Source: Escherichia coli (GTDB lineage Bacteria; Pseudomonadota; Gammaproteobacteria; Enterobacterales; Enterobacteriaceae). Taken from it: a stretch of DNA of 64,000 bases. The notes beneath the pieces were generated by a model that searched no databases, was not told where the DNA came from, and worked only from the letters and a program-made list of their open reading frames with translations. Positions 12,954 to 23,529 of the stretch are shown piece by piece. Within the stretch, counting starts at the first letter, position 1; each line of letters begins with the position of its first letter. Made by a program: the position numbers and the translations under genes. The stretch lies in the NCBI RefSeq assembly GCF_024298765.1, contig NZ_CP101210.1. The stretch is one strand, 5' to 3'.

Positions 12954-14653
12954 GCCAGAGAATTACTATTGATCCGGTAACCCGTATTGAGGGGCATTTA
13001 CGCATCGATTGCGAAATCGAAAATGGCGTCGTTTCGAAAGCATGGGCTTCCGGTACCATGTGGCGCGGCATGGAAGAGATCGTGAAAAATCGCGATCCGC
13101 GCGATGCATGGATGATTGTGCAACGTATCTGTGGCGTATGTACTACCACTCACGCGCTGTCTTCCGTTCGTGCGGCAGAAAGTGCGCTGAATATCGACGT
13201 TCCGGTTAACGCGCAATACATCCGTAACATCATTCTGGCTGCGCACACCACGCATGACCATATCGTTCATTTCTATCAGCTCTCGGCGCTGGACTGGGTG
13301 GACATCACTTCTGCACTGCAAGCTGATCCAACCAAAGCCTCTGAAATGCTGAAAGGCGTTTCGACCTGGCATCTGAACAGTCCGGAAGAGTTCACCAAAG
13401 TTCAGAACAAGATTAAAGATCTGGTTGCCAGCGGTCAGTTGGGTATTTTCGCCAATGGCTACTGGGGTCACCCGGCGATGAAACTGCCGCCGGAAGTGAA
13501 CCTGATTGCGGTAGCGCACTACCTGCAGGCGCTGGAGTGCCAGCGTGACGCTAACCGCGTCGTGGCGCTGCTGGGCGGTAAAACGCCGCACATTCAGAAC
13601 CTGGCGGTAGGTGGTGTCGCGAACCCGATCAACCTCGACGGTTTGGGCGTGCTGAACCTTGAGCGCCTGATGTACATCAAGTCTTTCATCGACAAGCTGA
13701 GCGACTTTGTTGAACAGGTTTATAAGGTTGATACCGCAGTTATTGCTGCGTTCTACCCGGAATGGCTGACGCGCGGTAAAGGTGCGGTGAACTACCTGAG
13801 CGTGCCGGAATTCCCGACCGACAGTAAAAACGGCAGCTTCCTGTTCCCGGGCGGCTACATTGAGAATGCGGATCTGTCCTCGTATCGTCCGATCACTTCT
13901 CATTCCGATGAATACCTGATCAAAGGCATTCAGGAAAGCGCGAAGCACTCCTGGTATAAAGACGAAGCGCCGCAGGCACCGTGGGAAGGTACCACCATTC
14001 CGGCTTATGTTGGTTGGTCTGACGACGGGAAATATTCCTGGGTGAAATCACCGACTTTCTACGGCAAAACGGTAGAAGTGGGTCCGCTGGCTAATATGCT
14101 AGTGAAACTGGCGGCAGGACGCGAATCTACCCAGAACAAACTGAATGAAATCGTTGCGATTTATCAGAAACTGACTGGTAACACGCTGGAAGTGGCGCAA
14201 CTGCACTCTACGCTGGGCCGTATTATTGGTCGTACCGTTCACTGCTGTGAATTGCAGGATATCCTGCAAAACCAATACAGTGCACTGATCACCAATATCG
14301 GCAAAGGCGATCACACCACCTTTGTGAAGCCGAACATTCCGGCAACGGGTGAGTTCAAAGGTGTTGGCTTCCTCGAAGCGCCGCGCGGTATGCTCTCTCA
14401 CTGGATGGTTATTAAAGACGGTATCATCAGCAACTACCAGGCGGTTGTTCCATCAACCTGGAACTCTGGTCCGCGTAACTTCAATGATGACGTCGGTCCT
14501 TACGAGCAGTCGTTGGTGGGTACACCGGTTGCCGATCCGAATAAACCGCTGGAAGTGGTGCGTACCATTCACTCCTTCGACCCGTGCATGGCCTGTGCGG
14601 TACACGTAGTGGATGCTGACGGCAACGAAGTGGTTTCAGTGAAGGTTCTGTAA
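12950..14653 (+). CDS. hybC: hydrogenase 2 [NiFe] large subunit
   Basis: 567 aa; N-terminal RICGVCTTTH and C-terminal DPCMACAVH Ni-binding motifs. Confidence 0.92.
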   Translation: MSQRITIDPVTRIEGHLRIDCEIENGVVSKAWASGTMWRGMEEIVKNRDPRDAWMIVQRICGVCTTTHALSSVRAAESALNIDVPVNAQYIRNIILAAHTTHDHIVHFYQLSALDWVDITSALQADPTKASEMLKGVSTWHLNSPEEFTKVQNKIKDLVASGQLGIFANGYWGHPAMKLPPEVNLIAVAHYLQALECQRDANRVVALLGGKTPHIQNLAVGGVANPINLDGLGVLNLERLMYIKSFIDKLSDFVEQVYKVDTAVIAAFYPEWLTRGKGAVNYLSVPEFPTDSKNGSFLFPGGYIENADLSSYRPITSHSDEYLIKGIQESAKHSWYKDEAPQAPWEGTTIPAYVGWSDDGKYSWVKSPTFYGKTVEVGPLANMLVKLAAGRESTQNKLNEIVAIYQKLTGNTLEVAQLHSTLGRIIGRTVHCCELQDILQNQYSALITNIGKGDHTTFVKPNIPATGEFKGVGFLEAPRGMLSHWMVIKDGIISNYQAVVPSTWNSGPRNFNDDVGPYEQSLVGTPVADPNKPLEVVRTIHSFDPCMACAVHVVDADGNEVVSVKVL

Positions 14654-15147
14654 TGCGTATTTTAGTCTTAGGGGTCGGCAATATTTTGCTGACCGATGAA
14701 GCCATCGGTGTGCGGATTGTCGAAGCGTTAGAGCAACGATACATTCTGCCGGATTATGTTGAGATCCTCGATGGCGGCACGGCGGGAATGGAGCTGCTTG
14801 GCGACATGGCAAATCGCGATCATCTGATTATTGCGGATGCCATTGTGTCGAAGAAGAGCGCGCCGGGAACGATGATGATCCTGCGGGATGAAGAAGTTCC
14901 GGCGTTGTTTACCAACAAAATCTCTCCGCATCAGCTTGGCCTGGCCGACGTCTTGTCGGCCCTGCGCTTCACCGGCGAGTTTCCGAAAAAGCTGACCCTG
15001 GTCGGCGTAATTCCGGAATCACTGGAGCCGCACATCGGCTTGACGCCGACGGTCGAAGCGATGATTGAACCAGCGCTTGAGCAGGTTCTGGCTGCGCTGC
15101 GTGAATCTGGCGTGGAAGCCATCCCACGGGAGGCGATTCATGACTGA
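14653..15147 (+). CDS. hybD: hydrogenase 2 maturation endopeptidase
   Basis: 164 aa; TAATG overlap with hybC. Confidence 0.9.
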   Translation: MRILVLGVGNILLTDEAIGVRIVEALEQRYILPDYVEILDGGTAGMELLGDMANRDHLIIADAIVSKKSAPGTMMILRDEEVPALFTNKISPHQLGLADVLSALRFTGEFPKKLTLVGVIPESLEPHIGLTPTVEAMIEPALEQVLAALRESGVEAIPREAIHD

Positions 15148-15628
15148 AGAGATAGCAGGTTTCCAGACCTCCCCGAAGGCGCAAGTACAGGCAGCGTTTG
15201 AAGAAATTGCCCGGCGTTCGATGCACGATCTCTCTTTTCTGCATCCTTCAATGCCGGTGTATGTTTCTGATTTTACGCTGTTCGAAGGTCAGTGGACGGG
15301 GTGTGTGATCACCCCGTGGATGCTGAGTGCAGTTATCTTCCCCGGCCCGGATCAACTCTGGCCGCTGCGCAAAGTGAGTGAAAAAATCGGTCTGCAACTG
15401 CCGTATGGCACCATGACCTTTACCGTTGGCGAACTGGACGGTGTTTCGCAATACCTCTCCTGTTCGCTGATGTCACCGCTTTCGCACAGTATGTCGATTG
15501 AAGAGGGCCAACGCCTGACGGATGACTGCGCACGAATGATCCTTTCGCTGCCAGTCACGAATCCGGATGTACCACACGCAGGGCGTCGCGCCCTGCTGTT
15601 TGGTCGCAGGAGTGGCGAAAATGCATGA
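15140..15628 (+). CDS. hybE: hydrogenase 2-specific chaperone
   Basis: ATG at 15140 (MTEEIAGFQ), 162 aa; overlaps hybD 3' end. Confidence 0.8.
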   Translation: MTEEIAGFQTSPKAQVQAAFEEIARRSMHDLSFLHPSMPVYVSDFTLFEGQWTGCVITPWMLSAVIFPGPDQLWPLRKVSEKIGLQLPYGTMTFTVGELDGVSQYLSCSLMSPLSHSMSIEEGQRLTDDCARMILSLPVTNPDVPHAGRRALLFGRRSGENA

Positions 15629-15962
15629 GTTGTCGCTTTGCCAGAGTGCCGTTGAAATTATCCAACGGCAGGCGGAGCAGCACGATGTTAAGCGCGTCAC
15701 CGCCGTGTGGCTGGAAATTGGCGCGCTCTCCTGCGTTGAGGAGAGCGCCGTCCGTTTTAGTTTTGAAATTGTCTGCCACGGAACGGTGGCGCAAGGGTGC
15801 GATTTACATATCGTCTATAAACCCGCCCAGGCCTGGTGCTGGGATTGCAGCCAGGTGGTGGAGATTCATCAGCACGATGCGCAGTGTCCGCTCTGTCATG
15901 GCGAGCGGTTGCGTGTCGATACCGGCGATTCGCTGATCGTCAAAAGTATTGAAGTTGAATAA
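15621..15962 (+). CDS. hybF: hydrogenase nickel-incorporation protein (HypA-like)
   Basis: ATG at 15621 (MHELSLCQ), 113 aa; CxxC...CPxC zinc motif. Confidence 0.85.
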
Positions 15963-15973
15963 CCGGAGTTACA

Positions 15974-16222
15974 ATGTGTATTGGCGTTCCAGGCCAGGTG
16001 CTGGCTGTCGGTGAAGATATTCACCAGCTTGCGCAGGTTGAAGTATGTGGTATCAAGCGCGACGTGAATATCGCCCTGATTTGTGAAGGTAACCCTGCCG
16101 ATCTACTGGGCCAGTGGGTGCTGGTACACGTCGGATTTGCCATGAGCATCATCGACGAAGATGAAGCCAAAGCCACATTAGACGCGCTGCGCCAAATGGA
16201 TTACGACATTACCAGCGCGTGA
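15974..16222 (+). CDS. hybG: hydrogenase maturation factor (HypC-like)
   Basis: 82 aa beginning MCIGVP (conserved N-terminal Cys). Confidence 0.85.
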
Positions 16223-16229
16223 TGATTAG

Positions 16230-16320
16230 CTTTTGTAGGCCTGATAAGACGCGGCAGCGTCGCATCAGGCATTGTGCTCGATTGCCGGATGCGGCGTGAA
16301 CGCCTTATCCGGCCTGGATG
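16230..16320. repeat. REP/BIME-type extragenic palindromes
   Basis: gcctgataagacgcg...cgcatcaggc and gccggatgcggcg...cgccttatccggcc palindromic units between convergent hybG and yghU. Confidence 0.7.
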
Positions 16321-16344
16321 GCTTGCTGCGACGAATACCAACCC

Positions 16345-17211
16345 TTACCCCTGACGCTTATCTTCCGTATTCGTCTCGAAATCACTGGCGTCATGGCGTT
16401 CATGCAACTGCTCGTTCAGCGGTCCGTTGATGCGGTTAACAATACGCCCACGCTTCACTGCCGGACGTTCGCCCACTTCTTTCGCCCAGTGTTGTACGTG
16501 TTTATAACTTCCCGCATCCAGAAACTCTGCGGCATCATACACGCCGCCTAACACCACGTTGCCAAACCACGGCCAAATCGCCATATCCGCAATGGTGTAC
16601 TCATCGCCTGCAACAAACTTATGCTGCGCCAGTTGCTTATCCAGCACGTCGAGCAGGCGCTTGGCTTCCATGGTAAAGCGATTGATGGCGTACTCAATTT
16701 TCACCGGCGCGTAATGGTAAAAGTGACCAAAACCACCGCCGAGGAACGGTGCAGCCCCCTGTAGCCAGAACAGCCAGTTCATCGTTTCAGTACGCTTTGC
16801 CAGATCCTGCGGCAGGAAGTAGCCAAATTTCTCCGCCAGATAAAGCAGAATCGATCCAGACTCAAACACGCGGATCGGCGGATTATGCGTATGATCGCGC
16901 AGCGCCGGGATCTTCGAGTTTGGGTTCACTTCGACAAAGCCGCTGGAGAATTGATCGCCATCGCCAATACGAATCAGCCAGGCGTCGTACTCTGCACCAG
17001 TAACGCCCAGCGCCAGCAGCTCCTCAAGCATAATCGTTACTTTCTGACCGTTCGGCGTTCCCAGCGAATAAAGTTGCAATGGGTGTTTGCCAACGGGCAG
17101 CGTTTTTTCATGCGTCGGACCAGAAACCGGGCGATTGATATTGGCGAACGCGCCGCCGGCGGATTTGTCCCACGTCCAGACTTTCGCGGGCTGATAAGTG
17201 TTGTCTGTCAT
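16345..17211 (-). CDS. yghU: glutathione S-transferase-like protein
   Basis: ATG (MTDNTYQPAK) at 17211, 288 aa; GST-like sequence. Confidence 0.85.
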   Translation of the reverse strand: MTDNTYQPAKVWTWDKSAGGAFANINRPVSGPTHEKTLPVGKHPLQLYSLGTPNGQKVTIMLEELLALGVTGAEYDAWLIRIGDGDQFSSGFVEVNPNSKIPALRDHTHNPPIRVFESGSILLYLAEKFGYFLPQDLAKRTETMNWLFWLQGAAPFLGGGFGHFYHYAPVKIEYAINRFTMEAKRLLDVLDKQLAQHKFVAGDEYTIADMAIWPWFGNVVLGGVYDAAEFLDAGSYKHVQHWAKEVGERPAVKRGRIVNRINGPLNEQLHERHDASDFETNTEDKRQG

Positions 17212-17415
17212 AGTGAGTTGCCTTCTGAGTGGTAGTGTTGAAGCAGTGTAGCAGGTCACTTGCTGTACAGAATGTGAATTTTTTAACCCTTTGCGCCAGC
17301 CGCTGCGATGAGGTGTATGATTAGTCTGACCTCTGTCCGGTTAATGTCGCTGAGCAGGTAATCAGAGCACAACAATTACGCCAACTGCTTAGGTTGTATT
17401 GTTAAAGGTAAAGTG

Positions 17416-19275
17416 ATGAGCAAAGGAACGACCAGCCAGGATGCCCCGTTCGGGACATTATTGGGCTACGCCCCAGGTGGGGTAGCAATCTACTCTTCAG
17501 ATTACAGTTCTCTCGATCCGCAGGAATACGAAGATGACGCCGTATTCCGTAGCTATATCGACGACGAATATATGGGCCACAAATGGCAATGCGTTGAATT
17601 TGCTCGCCGTTTTCTCTTTCTGAATTACGGTGTGGTCTTCACTGACGTGGGTATGGCGTGGGAGATTTTCTCGCTGCGCTTCCTGCGTGAAGTGGTTAAT
17701 GACAACATCCTGCCATTGCAGGCATTTCCTAACGGCTCGCCGCGTGCGCCGGTCGCGGGTGCGCTTCTTATCTGGGATAAAGGCGGTGAATTTAAAGACA
17801 CTGGTCATGTCGCCATCATTACCCAATTGCATGGCAACAAAGTCCGTATTGCGGAACAGAACGTGATTCATTCCCCGTTACCGCAAGGGCAACAGTGGAC
17901 GCGCGAGCTGGAGATGGTGGTCGAAAACGGCTGCTATACCCTTAAAGACACTTTTGATGACACCACCATTCTCGGCTGGATGATCCAGACGGAAGATACT
18001 GAATACAGCTTACCGCAGCCGGAAATTGCAGGCGAGCTGTTGAAAATCAGCGGAGCGCGCCTGGAAAACAAAGGCCAGTTTGACGGTAAATGGCTGGATG
18101 AAAAAGATCCGCTACAAAACGCCTATGTGCAGGCCAACGGTCAGGTGATCAATCAGGATCCGTATCATTACTACACCATTACCGAGAGCGCAGAGCAGGA
18201 GCTGATTAAAGCCACCAACGAACTGCACCTGATGTATCTTCACGCAACCGACAAGGTGCTGAAAGATGACAACCTGCTGGCGCTGTTCGACATCCCAAAA
18301 ATCCTCTGGCCACGTTTGCGTCTCTCCTGGCAGCGTCGCCGTCACCATATGATCACCGGTCGTATGGATTTCTGTATGGACGAACGTGGCCTGAAGGTCT
18401 ACGAATACAACGCCGACTCCGCCTCCTGTCATACCGAAGCTGGCTTGATCCTCGAACGTTGGGCGGAGCAGGGCTATAAAGGCAACGGCTTCAATCCGGC
18501 GGAAGGGCTGATTAACGAACTGGCTGGTGCCTGGAAACACAGTCGTGCACGTCCGTTTGTCCATATCATGCAGGACAAAGATATCGAGGAAAACTATCAC
18601 GCGCAGTTTATGGAGCAGGCGCTGCACCAGGCGGGCTTTGAAACGCGTATCTTGCGCGGGCTGGATGAACTGGGCTGGGATGCTGCCGGGCAACTGATTG
18701 ATGGGGAAGGGCGACTGGTTAACTGCGTGTGGAAAACCTGGGCGTGGGAAACCGCGTTTGATCAGATTCGTGAAGTTAGCGACCGTGAGTTTGCTGCGGT
18801 GCCGATCCGTACCGGTCATCCGCAAAATGAAGTGCGTCTTATCGACGTATTGCTGCGCCCGGAAGTGCTGGTCTTTGAACCTCTGTGGACAGTGATCCCC
18901 GGCAACAAAGCGATTCTGCCGATCCTCTGGTCGCTGTTCCCGCACCATCGTTACCTGCTGGATACCGATTTCTCCGTGAATGATGAACTGGTGAAAACCG
19001 GTTATGCAGTGAAACCGATCGCCGGTCGCTGTGGCAGTAACATCGACCTCGTCAGCCATCATGAAGAGGTGCTGGACAAAACCAGCGGTAAATTTGCCGA
19101 GCAGAAAAACATCTATCAGCAACTGTGGTGTTTGCCGAAAGTGGACGGTAAATACATTCAGGTATGTACCTTCACCGTTGGCGGCAACTACGGTGGGACG
19201 TGTTTGCGCGGTGATGAATCACTGGTCATCAAAAAAGAGAGTGATATTGAACCGCTAATTGTGGTGAAAGAGTAA
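17416..19275 (+). CDS. gss: bifunctional glutathionylspermidine synthetase/amidase
   Basis: 619 aa MSKGTTSQDAPFG; N-terminal CHAP amidase Cys (WQCVEFARRF). Confidence 0.9.
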   Translation: MSKGTTSQDAPFGTLLGYAPGGVAIYSSDYSSLDPQEYEDDAVFRSYIDDEYMGHKWQCVEFARRFLFLNYGVVFTDVGMAWEIFSLRFLREVVNDNILPLQAFPNGSPRAPVAGALLIWDKGGEFKDTGHVAIITQLHGNKVRIAEQNVIHSPLPQGQQWTRELEMVVENGCYTLKDTFDDTTILGWMIQTEDTEYSLPQPEIAGELLKISGARLENKGQFDGKWLDEKDPLQNAYVQANGQVINQDPYHYYTITESAEQELIKATNELHLMYLHATDKVLKDDNLLALFDIPKILWPRLRLSWQRRRHHMITGRMDFCMDERGLKVYEYNADSASCHTEAGLILERWAEQGYKGNGFNPAEGLINELAGAWKHSRARPFVHIMQDKDIEENYHAQFMEQALHQAGFETRILRGLDELGWDAAGQLIDGEGRLVNCVWKTWAWETAFDQIREVSDREFAAVPIRTGHPQNEVRLIDVLLRPEVLVFEPLWTVIPGNKAILPILWSLFPHHRYLLDTDFSVNDELVKTGYAVKPIAGRCGSNIDLVSHHEEVLDKTSGKFAEQKNIYQQLWCLPKVDGKYIQVCTFTVGGNYGGTCLRGDESLVIKKESDIEPLIVVKE

Positions 19276-19290
19276 TACATGTTGTAGCAA

Positions 19291-19325
19291 CCCCGTACTG
19301 ATTATGAAGAATAATCAGTACGGGG
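19291..19325. terminator. perfect 15-bp-stem hairpin downstream of gss (terminator candidate)
   Basis: ccccgtactgattat-gaag-ataatcagtacgggg; no strong T-run follows on + strand. Confidence 0.45.
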
Positions 19326-19566
19326 ATTAATCAAAACATTCAACGTTTATATATTTCAATATTTATTTATTTAATATATGAATATATTAACCAGTGGAAT
19401 ACCTGTGTTTTGATTATTTCTAAAGATTTTGAATGAATGCTTATTGTCTGATACACAAGAAATAACACTCTTTTTATCGTTAAAAAAAGATATTTCACTT
19501 TGCCCATGCCGTTAAAGTCACTGATAATGCGTCCGTTCGTAAATTCAAAATGGCGTAATCTAATAT

Positions 19567-21066
19567 ATGCTAAATTTATTTGTTGGCCTTGATATATACA
19601 CGGGGCTTTTGTTATTACTTGCTCTGGCATTTGTGTTGTTCTACGAAGCAATCAATGGTTTTCATGACACGGCGAATGCGGTGGCAACCGTTATTTATAC
19701 TCGAGCCATGCAGCCACAGCTTGCCGTGGTGATGGCGGCATTTTTTAACTTTTTTGGCGTATTGCTAGGCGGACTTAGCGTTGCCTATGCCATTGTCCAT
19801 ATGTTACCAACCGATTTGTTGCTGAATATGGGGTCAACTCACGGCCTGGCGATGGTCTTTTCCATGCTGCTGGCGGCGATTATCTGGAACCTGGGAACGT
19901 GGTTCTTTGGTTTACCGGCCTCCAGTTCGCATACCTTGATTGGTGCGATTATCGGCATCGGTTTAACCAACGCGCTGTTAACCGGCTCATCGGTGATGGA
20001 TGCGTTAAACCTGCGTGAAGTGACCAAAATTTTCTCCTCGCTGATTGTTTCCCCTATCGTCGGCCTGGTCATTGCGGGAGGCCTGATATTCCTGCTGCGC
20101 CGCTACTGGAGCGGGACGAAAAAGCGTGACCGTATTCACCGCATTCCGGAAGATCGCAAAAAGAAAAAAGGCAAACGGAAGCCACCATTCTGGACGCGTA
20201 TTGCGCTGATTGTTTCCGCTGCGGGCGTGGCGTTTTCGCACGGTGCTAACGACGGGCAGAAAGGGATCGGCCTGGTGATGCTGGTACTGGTGGGGATTGC
20301 CCCTGCTGGTTTCGTCGTCAATATGAATGCGTCCGGCTATGAAATTACCCGTACCCGCGATGCCGTCACCAACTTCGAACACTACCTGCAACAGCATCCT
20401 GAACTGCCGCAGAAGTTGATTGCGATGGAACCTCCATTGCCTGCGGCATCGACTGATGGCACGCAAGTAACGGAGTTTCACTGTCATCCGGCAAATACCT
20501 TTGATGCGATTGCGCGCGTTAAAACGATGCTGCCAGGCAATATGGAAAGTTACGAGCCGTTAAGCGTGAGTCAGCGCAGCCAGCTGCGCCGCATTATGCT
20601 GTGCATCTCTGATACCTCCGCGAAGCTGGCGAAACTGCCAGGCGTCAGTAAAGAAGACCAGAACCTGCTGAAAAAACTGCGCAGCGATATGTTAAGCACC
20701 ATTGAGTACGCTCCGGTGTGGATCATCATGGCAGTAGCTCTGGCGCTCGGCATTGGCACCATGATTGGCTGGCGTCGTGTAGCGATGACCATCGGTGAGA
20801 AGATTGGTAAGCGCGGCATGACGTATGCGCAAGGCATGGCGGCACAAATGACGGCGGCAGTGTCTATCGGCCTTGCCAGTTATATTGGGATGCCCGTCTC
20901 CACAACACACGTCCTCTCGTCTGCGGTAGCAGGGACGATGGTGGTGGACGGCGGTGGGTTACAGCGTAAAACGGTAACCAGCATCCTGATGGCGTGGGTG
21001 TTTACTTTACCGGCGGCGATTTTTCTTTCTGGTGGGTTGTACTGGATAGCATTGCAGTTGATTTAA
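19567..21066 (+). CDS. pitB: low-affinity inorganic phosphate transporter
   Basis: 499 aa polytopic ORF of the PiT family. Confidence 0.88.
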   Translation: MLNLFVGLDIYTGLLLLLALAFVLFYEAINGFHDTANAVATVIYTRAMQPQLAVVMAAFFNFFGVLLGGLSVAYAIVHMLPTDLLLNMGSTHGLAMVFSMLLAAIIWNLGTWFFGLPASSSHTLIGAIIGIGLTNALLTGSSVMDALNLREVTKIFSSLIVSPIVGLVIAGGLIFLLRRYWSGTKKRDRIHRIPEDRKKKKGKRKPPFWTRIALIVSAAGVAFSHGANDGQKGIGLVMLVLVGIAPAGFVVNMNASGYEITRTRDAVTNFEHYLQQHPELPQKLIAMEPPLPAASTDGTQVTEFHCHPANTFDAIARVKTMLPGNMESYEPLSVSQRSQLRRIMLCISDTSAKLAKLPGVSKEDQNLLKKLRSDMLSTIEYAPVWIIMAVALALGIGTMIGWRRVAMTIGEKIGKRGMTYAQGMAAQMTAAVSIGLASYIGMPVSTTHVLSSAVAGTMVVDGGGLQRKTVTSILMAWVFTLPAAIFLSGGLYWIALQLI

Positions 21067-21077
21067 CCTTCCTGAAA

Positions 21078-21112
21078 ATGCCCGGTCCTGGCGATCGGGC
21101 ATTTCCATTTTT
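21078..21112. terminator. bidirectional terminator between convergent pitB and yghT
   Basis: atgcccg...cgggcat hairpin followed by ttccatttttg. Confidence 0.55.
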
Positions 21113-21114
21113 GA

Positions 21115-21807
21115 CTAGTGATAACCACGCGCGGTCATAAAATCCGTAATCGCTTTTTCTGCATCAACCAGCACCTTTTCCAGTGGCTGATTGGCGTCGA
21201 TATCAACCAGTTGTGCACCGCCAAAGGTTAACTGTGGCGTTATGGCAATCTTCCTCGCCAGCGATTCCCGTTTATGGTCGGGTTTACGCGCGCAGGCAAC
21301 TTCAAGGTCAACATTGAGTTTGATGACCAGATCAGGCTTATGGCTCGCCATCCAGTGAAATGCTTTACGTTCCTGGCTTGCCAGCCATGAGACAAACCGG
21401 CCGCCTTCAACGTTAGGTGGGAACACCGTACCATCGTAAGCGCCAGGAATTTGGTCCTGAGGATAACGATCGGTTAAGACAATCAGCCCGCGACGACGAC
21501 AGGCGAGCATATGACGAAAGCGTAACAGTCGGCGGGCGACGAAAGCGGTGATCACCAGGGCCGGAACCGGACCCGGCAATTTTTTTGCCGTTTTCACTTC
21601 ATTTTTTTCAATAGTCTTGTGCAGAGACTTTCCCATCAACGGTAATTTTGTCACTGCACGACCGACATTTCCGGCCTGTTTTCCTAAATGAACTCTTTCG
21701 GCAGCACCATATTTTTCGACAACGGTAATAAGATGTTCACACACCGTTGACTTGCCTGAACCATCGCTACCAATAACGGCAATTAATGGAGGTGTTATTG
21801 ACTGCAT
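21115..21807 (-). CDS. yghT: P-loop NTPase-like protein (paralog 1 of 3)
   Basis: 230 aa; Walker [10 protein letters not shown]; shares DRYPQ and ARKPDH motifs with yghS and yghR. Confidence 0.8.
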   Translation of the reverse strand: MQSITPPLIAVIGSDGSGKSTVCEHLITVVEKYGAAERVHLGKQAGNVGRAVTKLPLMGKSLHKTIEKNEVKTAKKLPGPVPALVITAFVARRLLRFRHMLACRRRGLIVLTDRYPQDQIPGAYDGTVFPPNVEGGRFVSWLASQERKAFHWMASHKPDLVIKLNVDLEVACARKPDHKRESLARKIAITPQLTFGGAQLVDIDANQPLEKVLVDAEKAITDFMTARGYH

Positions 21808-21980
21808 GAATATATCCTTAAATTTAAATATCCATCCAAAATATTTATTTGATTAATATGTTTTTATGAAAGCGTAATTCAGGTTAATGTCACAATTAAC
21901 CATTGTCACAATAAGGTTGAACGGATATTCTGAGCACGGACCACGTAATATTCAATACATTATTTGCTGCCGGGTTTTTC

Positions 21981-22694
21981 GTGAATCAACGTAATATGTC
22001 AATAATTAATTCCACGCCAGTGCGTGTTATTGCCATTGTAGGATGTGATGGTTCAGGTAAATCGACCCTCACGGCAAGCCTGGTAAATGAACTGGCAGCA
22101 ACAATGCCAACAGAACACATTTATCTCGGGCAATCGTCCGGGCGAATTGGCGAATGGATTTCACAGCTCCCTGTTATTGGCGCACCTTTTGGGCGTTATC
22201 TGCGAAGTAAAGCGGCACATGTGCACGAAAAGCCCTCCACACCACCTGGCAATATTACTGCGCTGGTTATCTATCTGCTTTCCTGCTGGCGGGCGTACAA
22301 GTTTCGCAAAATGTTGTGTAAAAGCCAGCAAGGCTATCTGCTCATCACCGACCGCTACCCGCAGGTTGAAGTGCCGGGTTTTCGCTTTGATGGCCCGCAA
22401 TTGGCAAAAACCACGGGCGGTAACGGTTGGATAAAAATGTTAAGGCAGCGCGAGCTGAAGCTGTACCAATGGATGGCGTCTTATTTGCCCGTATTGTTGA
22501 TTCGTCTTGGCATTGATGAACAAACCGCGTTTGCGCGTAAACCTGACCACCAACTGGCGGCGTTACAGGAAAAAATCGCCGTTACGCCGCAACTGACATT
22601 TAATGGCGCAAAGATCCTTGAACTGGATGGTCGGCAACCCGCCGATGAAATTCTGCAAGCGTCACTACGCGCAATTCACGCCGCGCTTTCCTGA
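21981..22694 (+). CDS. yghS: P-loop NTPase-like protein (paralog 2 of 3)
   Basis: 237 aa from GTG (ATG alternative at 21996); Walker A GCDGSGKST. Confidence 0.8.
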   Translation: MNQRNMSIINSTPVRVIAIVGCDGSGKSTLTASLVNELAATMPTEHIYLGQSSGRIGEWISQLPVIGAPFGRYLRSKAAHVHEKPSTPPGNITALVIYLLSCWRAYKFRKMLCKSQQGYLLITDRYPQVEVPGFRFDGPQLAKTTGGNGWIKMLRQRELKLYQWMASYLPVLLIRLGIDEQTAFARKPDHQLAALQEKIAVTPQLTFNGAKILELDGRQPADEILQASLRAIHAALS

Positions 22695-22725
22695 TCACCA
22701 AAATGGATAGGGGATGATTTAACGA

Positions 22726-23484
22726 ATGGACGCACTACAAACACAAACTGTTAATAGTACAACCGCGCCGCAGCCCAACTACATTCCGGGGCTGATTGCG
22801 GTGGTCGGGTGTGATGGCACCGGTAAATCCACACTGACCACCGACCTGGTGAAATCGCTGCAACAACACTGGCAAACCGAGCGGCGCTATCTGGGGCTGC
22901 TCTCGGGCGAAGACGGCGACAAAATCAAACGATTGCCGTTGGTTGGCGTCTGGCTCGAACGGCGACTGGCGGCCAAATCCTCGAAAACCCAAAGCATGAA
23001 AACCAAATCTCCAGCGCTATGGGCGGCGGTGATTATGTACTGCTTCTCGCTGCGAAGAATGGCGAATCTACGCAAGGTTCAGCGACTGGCGCAAAGTGGC
23101 GTTCTGGTGGTCAGCGATCGCTTCCCGCAGGCTGAAATTTCGGGCTTTTATTATGACGGACCGGGGATCGGCGTCGAACGTGCGACCGGGAAAATCAGCA
23201 TGTTTCTGGCGCAGCGCGAACGGCGTTTATACCAACAAATGGCGCAATACCGTCCTGAATTAATCATTCGTTTGGGGATTGATATTGATACTGCCATCTC
23301 CCGCAAGCCTGACCATGACTATGCCGAGCTGCAGGACAAAATCGGCGTCATGTCGACGATTGGCTATAACGGCACAAAAATTCTTGAGATTGATTCCAGA
23401 GCGCCCTACAGCGAAGTGCTGGAACAGGCACAGAAGGCGGTTTCTCTGGTTGCCATCGTTTCTGACCGCCGAAGTTTAACTTAA
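22726..23484 (+). CDS. yghR: P-loop NTPase-like protein (paralog 3 of 3)
   Basis: 252 aa; Walker A GCDGTGKST; DRFPQ; SRKPDH. Confidence 0.8.
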   Translation: MDALQTQTVNSTTAPQPNYIPGLIAVVGCDGTGKSTLTTDLVKSLQQHWQTERRYLGLLSGEDGDKIKRLPLVGVWLERRLAAKSSKTQSMKTKSPALWAAVIMYCFSLRRMANLRKVQRLAQSGVLVVSDRFPQAEISGFYYDGPGIGVERATGKISMFLAQRERRLYQQMAQYRPELIIRLGIDIDTAISRKPDHDYAELQDKIGVMSTIGYNGTKILEIDSRAPYSEVLEQAQKAVSLVAIVSDRRSLT

Positions 23485-23529
23485 GGCTGGCGGGATACTT
23501 TTTACTATCAACGATAAGGTCAGGCTGAA

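Noticed and set aside
12998-13948. 316-aa minus-strand ORF
   Set aside because: Lies entirely antisense inside hybC, whose identity is very strong; low-complexity Arg/Val-rich translation typical of antisense frames in GC-rich genes
18112-19122. 336-aa minus-strand ORF
   Set aside because: Antisense within gss; no RBS context and no recognisable domain
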